The notes below the pieces were generated by a model that was given only the letters and a program-made list of their open reading frames with translations, was not told the DNA's origin and did not search any database. A stretch of DNA of 62,876 nt, the filler included, from Octopus bimaculoides (taxonomy: Eukaryota): NCBI RefSeq assembly GCF_001194135.2. It is 6 parts of 5 records of this genome, joined end to end, with 100 filler letters (N's around TTAATTAATTAA, not from the genome) between each part and the next. Parts side by side here need not be neighbours in the genome. Positions count along the whole stretch, not along the records: positions 1 to 13,226 come from NC_068983.1; 5 more parts are not named here. The stretch is one strand, 5' to 3'. Positions 1-13,326 of this stretch are shown here, in pieces; the first letter of the stretch is position 1, and every line of letters starts with the position of its first letter. A program made the position numbers and the translations under genes.

Positions 1-283
1 AAACACCTAAAGCTCCACGAGGCTCCGGCAGGCGATGGTGGCAAACCCTGCTGTACTCTTTCACCACAACTTTCTCTCACTCTTACTTCCTGTTTCTGTT
101 GTGCCTGTAATTCAAAGGGTCAGCCTTGTCACACTGTGTCACGCTGAATATCCCCGAGGACTACGTTCAGGGTACACGTGTCTGTGGAGTGCTCAGCCAC
201 TTGCACGTTAATTTCACGAGAAGGCTGTTCCGTTGATCAGATCAACTGGAAACCTCGTCGTCGTAACCGACGGAGTGCCAACA
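1..283 (+). mobile_element. tRNA-derived SINE, family C, head cut by window edge
   Basis: Near-identical in reverse complement to 48367-48710, which carries a tRNA-like B-box head; shared body gggtacacgtgtctgtggagtgctcagccac. Confidence 0.8.
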
Positions 284-1011
284 TGCTTATCAGAGTAGTG
301 TTACGTAAGAGTGTGATCGTTGCTTGATTTTATGTGTCAGTGGGTACGTACACCTATATATGGGTAGGTGTATATGTATATGTATATGTACATATATTGT
401 GAGTATATATGTGTATTTTTAGTTTAATTTTTGTAATCAAAGACTCGTGATCCATTCCTTCTAACGCTATTAACATTATGTACCTGTATGAAGACAGCTA
501 CATTGTGTTTAATGATCAACGAATTAATAAATACAAAATTTTTGTAACGCAAGTATGCATATTTATGTGGGTGTATGATATATGAAGGTACCTATGCAAA
601 TATATACATATGTATGTAATATATTATATTATTATGTTATTATAATAAATCATATTAAGCAGTTATGAGCTATTCACACATATTATTTCCATTGTTGATA
701 CTTTATTTATTAGCAATGTAAATATCGTTTTTTTTTTGCATCCAATGTAGAATGGAAATGAAATATAGAAATATTCATATTTCATGTGTATCTGGTTTAT
801 CCCTTTGAAAAGATATTTATCTCAATACAAGGAAAATACTTTTTAAGAGTTCGAATATGAGTATTGAAATGTTCCAAAATAGTATCATTGCTGTTTTTTG
901 TTGTTTGTTTTAATATTACATCATTGCTGTTATTTTTATCGGATTTGTCAGGGCATTTATCATTGATATAATGTATTAAGCTAAACCAAAATAAAAATAA
1001 CTTATTATAGT

Positions 1012-1071
<60 letters not shown>

Positions 1072-1092
1072 GATGATGATGATGATGATGAT
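1012..1092. repeat. (AAT)n then (GAT)n microsatellite
   Basis: Direct inspection; explains the poly-Y/poly-H ORF 797-1159. Confidence 0.97.
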
Positions 1093-2787
1093 AATTGCTC
1101 TGAAGCAGATTTAAAGTTAAAGGTGATACAGGTAAAGCTATTCCAACATTTCTTTTCATCTATTACATGATGGATATATTGCTCTTGTTTCTCACAAGTC
1201 GGGGGATCAAGCAGATGTTTCTACGTTTACTAAATTTACATTAGTTAAATTAGTATAATTAGGTGATATTGCTGGTACCCCAGCATCGCAGTGTCTGGTT
1301 AAAAAAGCATTTCCTAGCAGTTGCTTGACTTCATAGGAAGGTAGGCTCGGATGGAATAGCAATTAGGAAGCATAGTTGTCAGGATTTTGTGTCTCTCAAA
1401 ACAATCCCCTGTTAGAGGTTAAATTCGTACTAATTACTCTTTACTGAAATGAAAATTTTAAAAAATGCAATTGGAAATTTGGTTTTGTTCTTATGTAAGA
1501 TTTTACATTAATGTAACTAGGTTTAAGACACCATTCTTCCCGCGATTAGAGATCCCTTCTACTACCACCACAAGAAACCCCATTTGATACCAAACAAGTG
1601 ATTTTCGATTCTTTGAGTCAATGTCTAAGGATTTTTCTAGTTACATTATGCGCATGAAAGAATATCCAAAATGAATCCAACGCCGAAATATACGTGCCCT
1701 AGTACATTATTGACAATTCAAGCATAGACAGAAGGAAAAGATTTGATAGTAGACTGGAGTCAATTTTTATTGACTCCAGGATGTTGAATCAAGGTCATAT
1801 AAAAAAAGTACTGAGAGGTATTCAGATGAATTCTGTCATCCCTTTACATGAATACAAATGTGCAAATAATTATTTTAAGATATAAAAACAACTACAGCAC
1901 CTGTTGTACTCAATCGTTAGAGTACTTTAAATAAACTGTTGGCTTTTCTTTTCCTCAAACCTTGGATTATAGTTTCTTGCACCTAATCTTATACAACTAG
2001 ACTATTATCTTGTATCATGTCCGAATTTTGACTTTGTTGTTCACTACAATTTTCCACGACACATACCTTCTTTCCTATAACTTTCTCCTCAATCTACTCC
2101 TTTCCATAAATCAGCTTACCTTCGACTCCTCCACCTTTCTATTCTATCACCATGGTGGACTTGATTCTTTGTCCAAGAATCTTCACCACTAGGTCATAAG
2201 CTTTCTCTCCACATTAACTCTTCATTCTTTGGAGCCTTCAATACACCTGTTATGAATTCTCATCAAAAAGCCGTTTTTCCAATCAAATTTCTTTTTTAAG
2301 CCATTGCCTGCACCACTACGTTATTATATGTGCATAATCATGTGATTTTGCATACGTAAAACTTGTACATCTAAGTGAATCTTTATTTAGTATTCTTTTA
2401 TATGTACACTTTCATTTGTAAGTTTATAATCATAAATTAGACTATTAGGAGGTATTCATTTCTGTAATCCGTCGAAATGTAGATTCAGAGTTAAAATACC
2501 AAATTAAATACAATAATACAACCAAATCAACGGTATCCATGAACATTTTCACCTCTGCTTCCAGGTGACGATATGTATACATCAATGCGTTTGTGTCGGA
2601 ATTTCTGTATTTGTAAGAATACTCAAATATGTAGATATTTACCTCGGCCGTTGGAAAACTTCATCTAAAAATATCTGAAGAAGGAATTTTATTCCGAAAT
2701 ACCATCAGACTATTGATGACTAAATTACAACAGGTATATAGCCCATTGTTTGAATTATAGTGCATTGCTGTACCATTCAAAACTTTT

Positions 2788-2960
2788 TATTCTTTACGAA
2801 GGAGGTTATGTTTTGATCGGCGTTGGTTTGTCCATCTGTCCGTCTGTGTGCAAAATAACTCAAAAAGTTGTGAATGGTATAAAATGAAACTTGCAGGAAA
2901 AGTTGGTAATGACACAAGAAACAGATGATGAAATTGAAGGATTTTTCATTTGTTATATTT
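2788..2960 (+). mobile_element. 5' part of a Helentron/HINE-like non-autonomous element
   Basis: aaggaggttatgttttgatcggcgttggtttg matches the start of 3249-3378, followed by a (gtct/gtcc)-type tract. Confidence 0.55.
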
Positions 2961-3248
2961 ACTTTACATGAAGCATTACTGTTACGTTCTTTGATTATCT
3001 CCCTTGAAAACACGTTCATCGCTTCAATGTAACCTATGGTGGCGTTGTTGTTTCCAAAGTTTAGTTTCGTTTCTCTATTAGTAATTTTATTCGCCTTGTG
3101 TGTGTATCACTCAAGTTTTAGGTAATTGTGGTTCCTTTTTAGTTGTATGGTGAAACTAGCTTGCTGTTGTCATTGATGTATTATAACTACTTCAGATGAT
3201 TCCTGTTCTTAAAGGGTTTTTAAAAATCATATGACTGTCTTATTTTTT

Positions 3249-3378
3249 TTAACCCCGCCAAGGAGGTTATGTTTTTGCTAGCGTTGGTTTGGGAAATTAG
3301 GCGATTTTCAGCATGCGTGTATATGAGTGGAAATGAGCTGCCTGGCGGAGGTCTGCGCTCTCCGAGTGCTTTTCTAGT
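3249..3378 (+). mobile_element. Compact Helentron/HINE (DINE-1-like) non-autonomous element
   Basis: Sub-terminal inverted repeat ccccgcca (3253-3260) / tggcggag (3343-3350); 3' hairpin gcgctc-tcc-gagtgc (3355-3369); ends ttttctagt. Confidence 0.65.
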
Positions 3379-4595
3379 AAAATACTATAGTAAAATCTTA
3401 ATTTAAATCAGATTAGTAATTGATAATGAACCTCCATGGATTTTAACTGATAATTTCCTATAAATTGCTGGCTAACATTCAATATTGTTACAACGCCGAT
3501 GATCGGTAGCAATTTCTGTCTGTTTACAGAATATGGATTTTATATACAACAGATTAAATGAAGCATATCACAAGACAACCTAGTCTCGAGTACGTCTTCT
3601 TACTTAGTTGAAGTGATTTTTCATTCCCAAAACGGCAAGCTACCAGCCATACATGCACATGTATATCTCTTGTAAGAAACACTTAACAACTTCTTCGATT
3701 ACTTTGTAACGAGTGCCCGTGAAAATTCGATAAAAATGTCGCCATATTGGACATTTTGATAATACAGGCTGAATCTAGGGACGTAAAGTATTGTAGCCGT
3801 CTTTACTTGATTTACTTGAACATTTAGAAATAGATTCTTTTATTACTTTCTTTTTATTCGTGGTAGATACGACGATCTTTAGACATTTTCTATATAGGTG
3901 TGACAGTGATTGGAGTGATACTGAGGGAGGAAGATGGGAGATGATAGGACGAACAAAATCGATAATATCGCTTGATGCTATTGAGTATACTCTAATTCGT
4001 CTACACGACATGTTTTAGAACAATGCATTTGCTTTGTACAAGTCGTCAATGTCATTAAGCGGACCGGGAGATAATAGTGGTTGTTACGCCGAAGAGGAGG
4101 GTAGAAGAAGAATTACCAGGAAGATGAGGTGGAGGAGGAGAAACCGAAGAAGAAAATACAGAAAAAAGTAATTAATAAGCAGATATTAATGTTATTATGT
4201 AAAAATAAAACATAGCAGAGGACGCGAAAATTATTTAACATTAAATAGATATCAGTAATCTCGTGTGATTTTTTTTACAATAGCTGTGGCTATAAAAATT
4301 TCAATATTACTTATTCGTGCAACGATATCACTCTATTGTAGTTAGATTGCATTGCTGTAACAAGAAAATTAACGAAGTAAAACTGCGATGATGATGATGA
4401 TAATGATGATGACGATGTTCATAAAAAATTTGTGTGTGTGCGTGCGCGCGTGTGTGTGTATGTATTTGTGTGTGTGTGTATATATATATGTATATTCATA
4501 CATACATTATATATATACATATATATATATACATATATACACGCACACACGCATACAAACACACACACATACAAACACACACACACACACACATA

Positions 4596-5010
4596 TATTG
4601 GGTCATCTCATAAATAATGCGTTTTTTGTATGATTTTTATTTTTCAAAATTACAGTAAACTTTTTAAATCTAAACTATACTCTTCTTCATTTTCTGCAAT
4701 GCTCTTCCATCTATCTGGTAGACTTGCAAGACGCCTCTTCCAAAATTCACTTGTCCGTAACGAAAAATATTCCTCCAGTATTGTTCCGATCTCGTCTACA
4801 GAATTCATATTTTTTTCCGCCCAAATGAATTTGAAGACTGCGGAATAAATGATAATTAGATGGAGCAATGTCCGGCAAATATAGTGGGTGGGGCATCGTT
4901 TCTCATTCAAACTGCTCCAGTCTTTGGAATGTCATCTTCGCTTTATGTGGGCGAGCCTTATCCAGATGGAAGAACACCTTTTGTCTTGAAACCAAAGATG
5001 GTTGTTTTAA
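4596..5010 (-). mobile_element. Mariner transposon 3' remnant (transposase C-terminus plus TIR)
   Basis: Minus strand reads FHLDKARPH...PHPLYLPDIAPSNYHLF...SLPDRWKSI (mariner HDNARPH / YSPDLAPSDYHLF / LP.RW motifs) with a stop and frameshift; TA + ttgggtcatctcataaataatg end at 4596 recurs at 30597. Confidence 0.9.
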
Positions 5011-5269
5011 TTATAGCGTTCACTTAAGCCGCTCAAGCTGCTCGCAGTAGATTTCCTTTGTTATCGTTTAATTTGTGTTTAAAAATTCAAAGTAGGCTAA
5101 ACTTATCATATCCCACTAAACAGATAACAACGCCTTACGTGGCTGAAGACCCTCTTTAGCCAGGGATGCTAGTGTTTTTCCTTTCCCTACCTACTTTCTT
5201 ATGCGCTTAAAATTTTTAAATAGAGAACCCATTTCTCGTCACTAATCCCTATTCCGTCCAAAAAAAGTT

Positions 5270-5404
5270 CATTGTTCTTTTATCGACCTGACAAGACGAA
5301 AGGCAAAGTCGACCTCGGCGAAATTTGAGCTTAGAGCTTAAAGACGGGCAAAATGCCTCTAAGTCCCTTGCCCGGCGGGCTAACGATTCTGCCTACTCGC
5401 CGCA
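5270..5404 (-). mobile_element. tRNA-derived SINE, family B, partial
   Basis: Reverse complement matches 57680-57908 (aggcaaagtcgacctcggcg...gctaacgattctgcc). Confidence 0.8.
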
Positions 5405-5424
5405 TTAGTTAGAGAAGTAATATT

Positions 5425-5642
5425 AGCTCCAAATTTTGGCACACCCCCAGCAACTTTGGCAGGTGGAGAGGGTTTAGCCGATTACATCGACTCCAGTGCT
5501 CAACTAGTACTTATCTTATCGACGCCGAAAATATGAAAGGTATCGTCAACCTCGGCGAAGTTGAACTCAGAACGTAAAGACTGAGAAATGCTGATAAGTG
5601 TTTTGCGAAGCGTGCTTACGATTCTGCCAGCTCCCCGCCTTA
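5425..5642 (-). mobile_element. tRNA-derived SINE, family B
   Basis: Full-length reverse match to 57680-57908. Confidence 0.85.
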
Positions 5643-7469
5643 ATTAGCGAATTAATATTAACTGTTTTTAAAGATTACATTGTTTGATGTGATTCTGAAT
5701 GTACTATGCCTGAAAAATAAAAAGACGATGAAATAGTCGCAAATCACTTCTCAAGAGAAATGCTTTTGAGAAGAGGTTGCTGGGCAAAGTTTTATATGTT
5801 TTATATGGGTTTATAGAAAAAGACCAGTATTTTCAAATTTTCCATATTAGATTGGGAAGGTGTTCTGGATCTAGACAAACACAGCAAAGCAACCACAAGA
5901 CTTTACTCTCTGATTTATTCAACTGAGCAAAAAGTAAAAATTGTTATTGAAACATATAGTAAGGAAACATATAGTGTTTCGAGAAAGTATGAGGATTAGT
6001 AAATACTAGATTATATTTGACGAACTGCAGTTACCCAGCATTACACGATAGATTATAAAAGATATTTTAGTTTGCTACCATGTTAAATCATATTTGGCAA
6101 ATAACTGCAACCGCATTAAGATCTTTGTAATAGCTGAAGTTTAATTCAAAATATATATTGAAAAATGTACTAGAGTGAATGGAAAGTATAAAAAATATAT
6201 GAAAAATTGAGATATTGCATGAGAAAAATATATGAACGAGATTAAACGAAATGATATCATAATATTAAATATAAAGAAAGCAAATCAAATCAATATCTAT
6301 CTCCGAGTGCAAAGTAAGAACTGCTGATACACGATACTTACAAAATAAAGATAAAACGACAAATAGTATACGAATGATATTTGTATGTGTAATTCAGGTG
6401 ACTTTTCAATTTTAATTACAATGTTTTCAGCTGTATATAAGAATCCTTACTTTGAAATCTAGAAACACAGTAAATTCGGTTATCTCAGTTATCAATTCTC
6501 GACAAAAAAATGGCATTTCCTAACATCAAACTGTATGTACTCGTATGCCTTTATGCATTAATTCTACAGTTACTACAATGGCAATTCGATGCATTGATGA
6601 TGAAGAGAAGATAATAATTATCTTGATATTTTCCTTTATTGGCCGGGATAATTAAGATAATATTAATGATTGATTTTGTTTTTCCTCATCTAGCACGCTT
6701 TTTAATCTTCCATATATTAAATATGCAAACACTAACGTATCTATCACATAGTCACAATTTCCCGTTTTGAAATTGTTAACGCTTAAGTATAAATTATTTA
6801 TATATTGTATATTGCTTAGTGTCAATATCACAGCCATTTAGATCAATAAGTACGCATGGAATAAGCTTCAACAGCGTAACAAAGTTTTGAAAAGAGCAGT
6901 TAAAGTAAATATGAAATAGCTAAGACTACTACATGATGCTATAACAAATTATTCATAGTATTTTGGTAAATATCATGTGTGATGTTGACATAGCTAATTG
7001 ATATAAGAATATCATCTCGGAAACTAATGTTTAATATTAAAACTGTGAAAAGAACAAATTGATTCACCAGGAAAATTAATTGCTAAGTATGTACCACAAA
7101 TGCAGGTATGAACTACAAATAAATAAATTCAATGTTCCATATCACGTGTCAAGAAGATTTGTGCAGAGATGTCTTCGAAACTGATATAAGAGAAAGAGCT
7201 CAGAGCATAGATGAAGAACTCAAGAATCAATGGAAATGTCATATCAAAAAGAAACGTACTTCCGTATTTCCACCATATAATAGATAATCATGATTGTTCA
7301 AACAATAGACAGTCTGGATATCATTTTTGCACACTATCCTGTCCGATGCCAAAATGAGTAACTGAAGTAGTTTTCATACGAGAGAAAGAATACTGTTCAA
7401 AAGGGATCGATAATGTACTATATACTGCGAGTTCATATATTCCCCATAAATCAGTATAAATCTCATACA

Positions 7470-7526
7470 TGCATACCTACCTACCTACCTACCTACCTAC
7501 CTACCTACCTACCTACATACATACAT

Positions 7527-7557
<31 letters not shown>

Positions 7558-7590
7558 TGCACACACATATATACATGCATACATACATGT
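7470..7590. repeat. (TACC)n/(TACA)n/(CA)n compound microsatellite
   Basis: Direct inspection. Confidence 0.95.
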
Positions 7591-8848
7591 GTTTATGCGC
7601 GTGTGTGTAACTGGAAGCGTTAGAATGTCGAAGATGTTTGTGTTATCAGTTCTTATACTTTGTATTTCGTCAGCAAAAGTTGTCTTGATTCAAGTGGGTG
7701 ACATTTGCATTCGATAAATCTAGCTGGAGTGAAAAGGGGAGACTTACATGCATGAGCATCTCGCAGTCATTATAATGAAGATCATAATTAGGTCTGCACA
7801 TGCATCTGCAGCTCCCTAATAAAACATTCACTGACTGTGCTCTTCATACAGCTTTAACAACATTTAAGTCTTATTTCTAGCAATTATAGGTGCATCAGCA
7901 ATCTTTTCACAATTAGTGACGATTGAGTTTTTCCTTTATGGCATGAAATTGCGCTAAATCATCCATAAATGTTTATGGTAAGTACATGTATGCTGACAGG
8001 CAAAATTAGCCGAACATTGCCGTTTGAGCTGTCCTCACAGACGATGTCAACGGAACTGATGAAACTAGATGTCTAGTCTGAGGATTTATGAGTCGCTATG
8101 GGCGGTTACCTCCCCTGTCAGGATGTGTGTATCTGCGCTCTTCCTACAGCATTAAGAGTACATTAACTCTAGCAATGTAGGTTCGCCCCCCCCCCCCTTA
8201 GTTATACTTAGCAATGACGAGAAAAACTCGTCTCCAATCATCAGCTTGTAAACCGAGCCTGCCTTTTTTTTATTTTTTTTTTAGAAATATTCACTGTTTG
8301 AGTTTATTTTCAAGTCTGAAATGAAAGTTTGAAGAAAACGCTTATGTTCTTTTGTGTTAAGAACCATTGTGAAATTCACGTGCAAAAACCACTGCCTCAA
8401 GCTCACACTTCTGATTTCATTTCCCATTCTCGTGGTAATATTATAATAAATGACTTGAACTTCAGGCCATCGAAGTCATGAAATTTGCGTTAGTGTTTAA
8501 TTATAGTTCTAAAATAATACTTTTCAGTAATACGTTTCATTACTGTTTTTAAAAGCAATGCGTGTGTATGTAGGCGTTCAGTTTGCATGCACCTGTGCAG
8601 ATGCATGCATACATACATATACTAACTCATAGACATACACTTTTAAACATACACATACATAGATATACATCCATATATATTAACACATGTAACAATGAAA
8701 CCTATTAACTGAACAACAGTTTTTCAGAAACAACGAAATTCAAGGAGGTTTGTCTTTACATAAAAGATACTTAGACGCGTGCATGCAAGGCGATGACATC
8801 TCAGTTCCAATAACTGCTTGGAGGCATAATTCTTCATGTACATCTATC

Positions 8849-8879
<31 letters not shown>

Positions 8880-8994
8880 CTGTCTGTCTATCTATTTATT
8901 TCTCTCTATATATATATGTAGTTGGAATTTACAAAAAAAAACCAACAAAACAAAACATATATATGTATGTATGTGTACACACACACACACACAC

Positions 8995-9025
<31 letters not shown>

Positions 9026-9036
9026 NNNNNNNNNNN

Positions 9037-9076
<40 letters not shown>

Positions 9077-9080
9077 TTTC

Positions 9081-10534
9081 AATATGCAGAAAATTTTTGA
9101 TCAACAAACAAATTGACCAACGTCGGTTAATTATTTTCTAAATACAAAACATAACATTGCATGACATTTCTTACGGCCGTTTCAGCTGCCAATGTCAATC
9201 GGTGCTTACAAAGAAAATTCCGAAAATAATATTTGCTATCTTTTATAGCACACTCGATCTAGTACATGGAGCTTTATTAGAATGAATGGAAATACATAAA
9301 ATAAAAGGGAAGAGGAAAGAACAGAGTCTCGAGATGAGGCCATAATGCGCAATATATTAAAATCATACCATTTTGCAGGGTGATGGTTGAAGTCGATAGG
9401 GAAAAAGTGAACTAGGAAATCAGCTAGAGAAATAATTTATGGGTTAACTCTTTATGTAGGAGTACCAGGGTGTATAAACAGTAGTATAATAAAACTACTG
9501 CTAAAGTAAAACAGGAATCACCAATATGTCTAGAAAAAGAATAGTACTTATGATTTCGTAAATACAGCTAATTAATATTTATCCAAAACCAAACCCGTAG
9601 AGTTTTTATAATGGTGTACTTACTGAAATATTCTAGAGACTAAACACCTATTGTCGTAATGAAACTGACCAAAGTCCAGCCATCTCTACAATTGGTCACT
9701 TGTATTCAAACCACTTGTATTCATAAGTGGCACGAGGTCGCTTATGCCCTTCTACCCCATCTCAACAATACATAAAATAAAAATAAAAATAACAGAAAAA
9801 ATAAATGCTAGCGTCCAATACGGTTATAAACATTTTTTTGCAGTTAAGGGGAGACTACTGATAGGGAGGTGAATACTAGTGGAAATTACCTTCGAAATAT
9901 AATGCTAAATCTGACATCTTAAATAGCCAGCATACTTCCAAGTGGTAATAATACTAGACAAACAAGTGAATGTCTAGACGTTCCTGAGTGCATTTTGCCT
10001 CTTAGACACACGAGAGGGCAAAAGTACAAAAACCCCAAACAGTTAAATGATTACAAGTTAAATCACTTGATAAATACTAACTTGGTTACAAACTCCAGAT
10101 CCTACCACAGTTTACTGAATCTTACTTAATATATATTATAATTAAAATTATATTCAAAATTTGCTAGTTCACTCTTTTGTCTACCGACTTCAACCTTCAC
10201 ACTGCAAAATGGCAGGATTCTAATAAATTGAGCCTTCTGGCCTAATCTCGAGGCCCCGTTCATTCTTCTTCTCTCTTCCCTCTTCCCTTCGTTTATTTTA
10301 TTTTATGTATTTGTATTCACTCTGATGAAGCTCCATGTACTAAATCAAATGTGCTATAAAGATGGCGAATATTATTTTCGGAATTTTCCTTGTAAGCACC
10401 TATTGAAATTGGCAGCCGAAACGGCCGTAAGAAATGTTATGTAATGTTATGTTATGTTATGTTACGTTTTATATTTAAAAATAATTAACCAGTGTTGGTC
10501 AATTTGTTTGCTGGTCAAAAGTTTTCTCCATTTT
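9081..10534. repeat. Long inverted repeat, arms ~9081-9420 and ~10160-10534; probable PLE pseudo-LTR pair
   Basis: For example ttacggccgtttcagctgcc (9171-9190) vs ggcagccgaaacggccgtaa (10411-10430); homology continues across both arms; right arm has a CTGATGA...GAAAC-GGCC-GTA core. Confidence 0.85.
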
Positions 10535-10727
10535 CTGCTTATCTAAATTTGATTCCTGATAAACTTTTGTTTATTCAGTTATAACCTGTGCCCTATGAGC
10601 ATAGTGTGCTTGCATACCCATGGCCAGAGATAAAAGGGGAAATGATACCGATAGTAAGAATGAATATTCTTAACCCATAGACGGTTATTCCAACCGGTAA
10701 CCCTGCTTACCTATATATATATTACCT

Positions 10728-10930
10728 TTTATCTTACGCCTGTTTCAACCGCTTGACTGCGGCCCTGCTGGGGCACCACACTGAAGGATTTTAGTCGAAC
10801 AAATCGACACCAGGACTTTTTCTCAACTTGGTACTTATTCTATCAGTTCCTTTTGCCGAACCGCTAATTTGCGGGGACGTAAACACACCAACACTGGTTG
10901 TCAAACGACATTAGGCGATAAACACACACA
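10728..10930 (-). mobile_element. SINE family A, 3' half
   Basis: Reverse match to the 3' half of 44219-44633. Confidence 0.8.
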
Positions 10931-10992
10931 CACGCACACAAATACATTATATATATATATATATACATACACACACACACACACACACACAT

Positions 10993-11028
<36 letters not shown>

Positions 11029-11341
11029 NNNNNNNNNNNNNNNNNNNNNNNNNNNNNNNNNNNNNNNNNNNNNNNNNNNNNNNNNNNNNNNNNNNNNNNN
11101 NNNNNNNNNNNNNNNNNNNNNNNNNNNNNNNNNNNNNNNNNNNNNNNNNNNNNNNNNNNNNNNNNNNNNNNNNNNNNNNNNNNNNNNNNNNNNNNNNNNN
11201 NNNNNNNNNNNNNNNNNNNNNNNNNNNNNNNNNNNNNNNNNNNNNNNNNNNNNNNNNNNNNNNNNNNNNNNNNNNNNNNNNNNNNNNNNNNNNNNNNNNN
11301 NNNNNNNNNNNNNNNNNNNNNNNNNNNNNNNNNNNNNNNNN

Positions 11342-11342
11342 N

Positions 11343-11433
<91 letters not shown>

Positions 11434-11484
11434 GGAAGGAAGGAAAGACAGAAAGAGAGAAAGAAAGTAAGAAAGAGAAACAAA

Positions 11485-11524
<40 letters not shown>

Positions 11525-11528
11525 AGGA

Positions 11529-11572
<44 letters not shown>

Positions 11573-11690
11573 AAAAAGAAATAACGAAAGAAAGAAAGAA
11601 AGAAAGAAAGAAAAAAGAAAGAAAGAAAGAAAGAAAGACGGAAAGAAAGACTGGCAGAATGACGGAAAGACGGAAAGAAAGAGAGGCCAT
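11342..11690. repeat. (AG)n/(AGAC)n/(AAAG)n microsatellite block
   Basis: Direct inspection. Confidence 0.97.
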
Positions 11691-12585
11691 GACTGCAACA
11701 TCCTAATGCATCGTAGTCATAATATTCAAGTCATAATATTCAAAGAATGCCTTTTTAACAATGTGAACAACAGGTTTTCCGGGCGCTGCTTGGATAAATC
11801 AAAGGTAGGACAGAAAGAACTCAACAAACGGAAAACAACAAAGCACAACATATGGAAAAATAGACGTTCGTCTCTTCCCTCCCGGTCTGTTGAGATTTTT
11901 TCATTTTTTCTTTGCGCTAGCTTACTATGTTCGTCTGATTGTCGATAGACCATTTATGTTATTTATTTATGTTGTAATTGTACAATTATTTTCCGTTTGC
12001 TGTATCGCCAAAAGGCGCTTGTCCATTGTATGTGTATAATTCTCTTGCTGTTGCACTTGCATTATTATTTCATAACGTTACGCTCGTCCGATAGTCGAAA
12101 GACCTTTCTGTTATTTATTTATTTGTATTCATATAAGAACAAAAAATTTTTTCCTACTAGTGTATAGCCGAAAGGGGTTCACTTGTACGTGTATAATTCT
12201 AGCTTTCTCGTTTTTGTTTCTGTTCCTGTTTTCGTTCTTGTATACATTCGTTCATCTTTCCCAGAAGCTTAATGCTTTTAGCTTAAGTCCCTGACACCCG
12301 CCGGATTCGAGTAGCCTCGGAGATTAGGGGCGAAACTACAAGGACTTTCCGGACTCCGAGTGATGAGGAAATCGGCTACGAATGTTCCGTGTATCTTGTT
12401 TTTGTTCTGTTTGCCGTTTGTCGTACTATCGTCTATAAAGGCACACAGTTTATCTACAACGTGCAAGATGTTATCGATGATGACCTCGAAGAATTCATGA
12501 GGGCCATTGAAAAATATTGCAAGAATGAATATGAATTATTTGAACAGTGGTGCACTAGGATATTTGATACGAGTCGTGGGTACTG

Positions 12586-13225
12586 ATGAAAGGTCAACCC
12601 TTACCTGGAAAGACACTGGAAATCCGTTTGAATCATGCCCATCGATTATTTAACAAGGTGAAAATCTCTCACGAGCATAACATGCATTGGTTTTTCATTG
12701 ATGAAAAAGACTTCGACCAAACCAAATGTCTACCCGTGAAAATAACAGATGGTTGTATACAGATCTTTCTAAGTTAGCGCACTAAGTTTCTGATTGTTTT
12801 AGAAGTGGGGAGTAATAATTGATTATGCCATGTCACATCCCATCTTCTCACGGAGTTCTGCAATTAATATTGATGAAAATGTCGAGGTGCTGGAGACAGT
12901 TGTTAAGCTCAGGATTCGTGAAGCACGAAGTGGAAAGCCATACGAGTTTCAGCAAGACTCAGCAATTCTCCCAAAGCCCAAGGAACCCAAAACTGTCAGA
13001 TAATCTTTATGATCATGTTACATCAAACTTGTGGACTGCAGACCCGCTAGATTTTAATTCCATGGATTTAGCGCGTTTGGAACGTTGTTGAAAGTGAGAT
13101 TAATCAACATCCTCACGATAACACAGCTTCACAGGTGATGACTGAAATGGAAAAGAACCATTTAAAACAGGCATATTAAATTTTCTGGTCCACAATGAAG
13201 CAATTAGATTATGAAAATAATCTAC
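12586..13225 (+). mobile_element. Degenerate Tc1/mariner-superfamily transposase, maT (DD37D)-like
   Basis: RLNHAHRLFNKVK...WFFIDEKDFDQ (first D, W.FSDEK-type motif), later FQQDSA-like and LSDNLYDHVTSNLW..DPLDFNSMD (WPP.SPDLNP.D-like); several frameshifts. Confidence 0.75.
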
Positions 13226-13270
13226 TNNNNNNNNNNNNNNNNNNNNNNNNNNNNNNNNNNNNNNNNNNNN

Positions 13271-13282
13271 TTAATTAATTAA
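13271..13282. other. Assembly spacer TTAATTAATTAA inside an N run (also 34803, 37843, 57204, 60701)
   Basis: Identical 12-mer centred in about 50+50 N five times; stops in all six frames; not biological. Confidence 0.95.
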
Positions 13283-13326
13283 NNNNNNNNNNNNNNNNNN
13301 NNNNNNNNNNNNNNNNNNNNNNNNNN

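Noticed and set aside
797-1159. Poly-His/poly-Tyr ORF and the many YIYI/THTH/LSIY/ERKK ORFs
   Set aside because: Translations of microsatellites or N gaps.
3775-4011. 78-aa minus-strand ORF (MSCRRIRVY...) with an upstream hydrophobic stretch
   Set aside because: In-frame stops separate the pieces; no recognisable domain or splice partners.
8056-8090. CTGATGA followed by a short hairpin (also 5143-5170)
   Set aside because: No GAAA or stem III, so a hammerhead cannot be supported.
13271-13282. Recurrent TTAATTAATTAA palindrome (five copies) suggesting a regular array
   Set aside because: Always centred in N runs of similar size; an assembly spacer.
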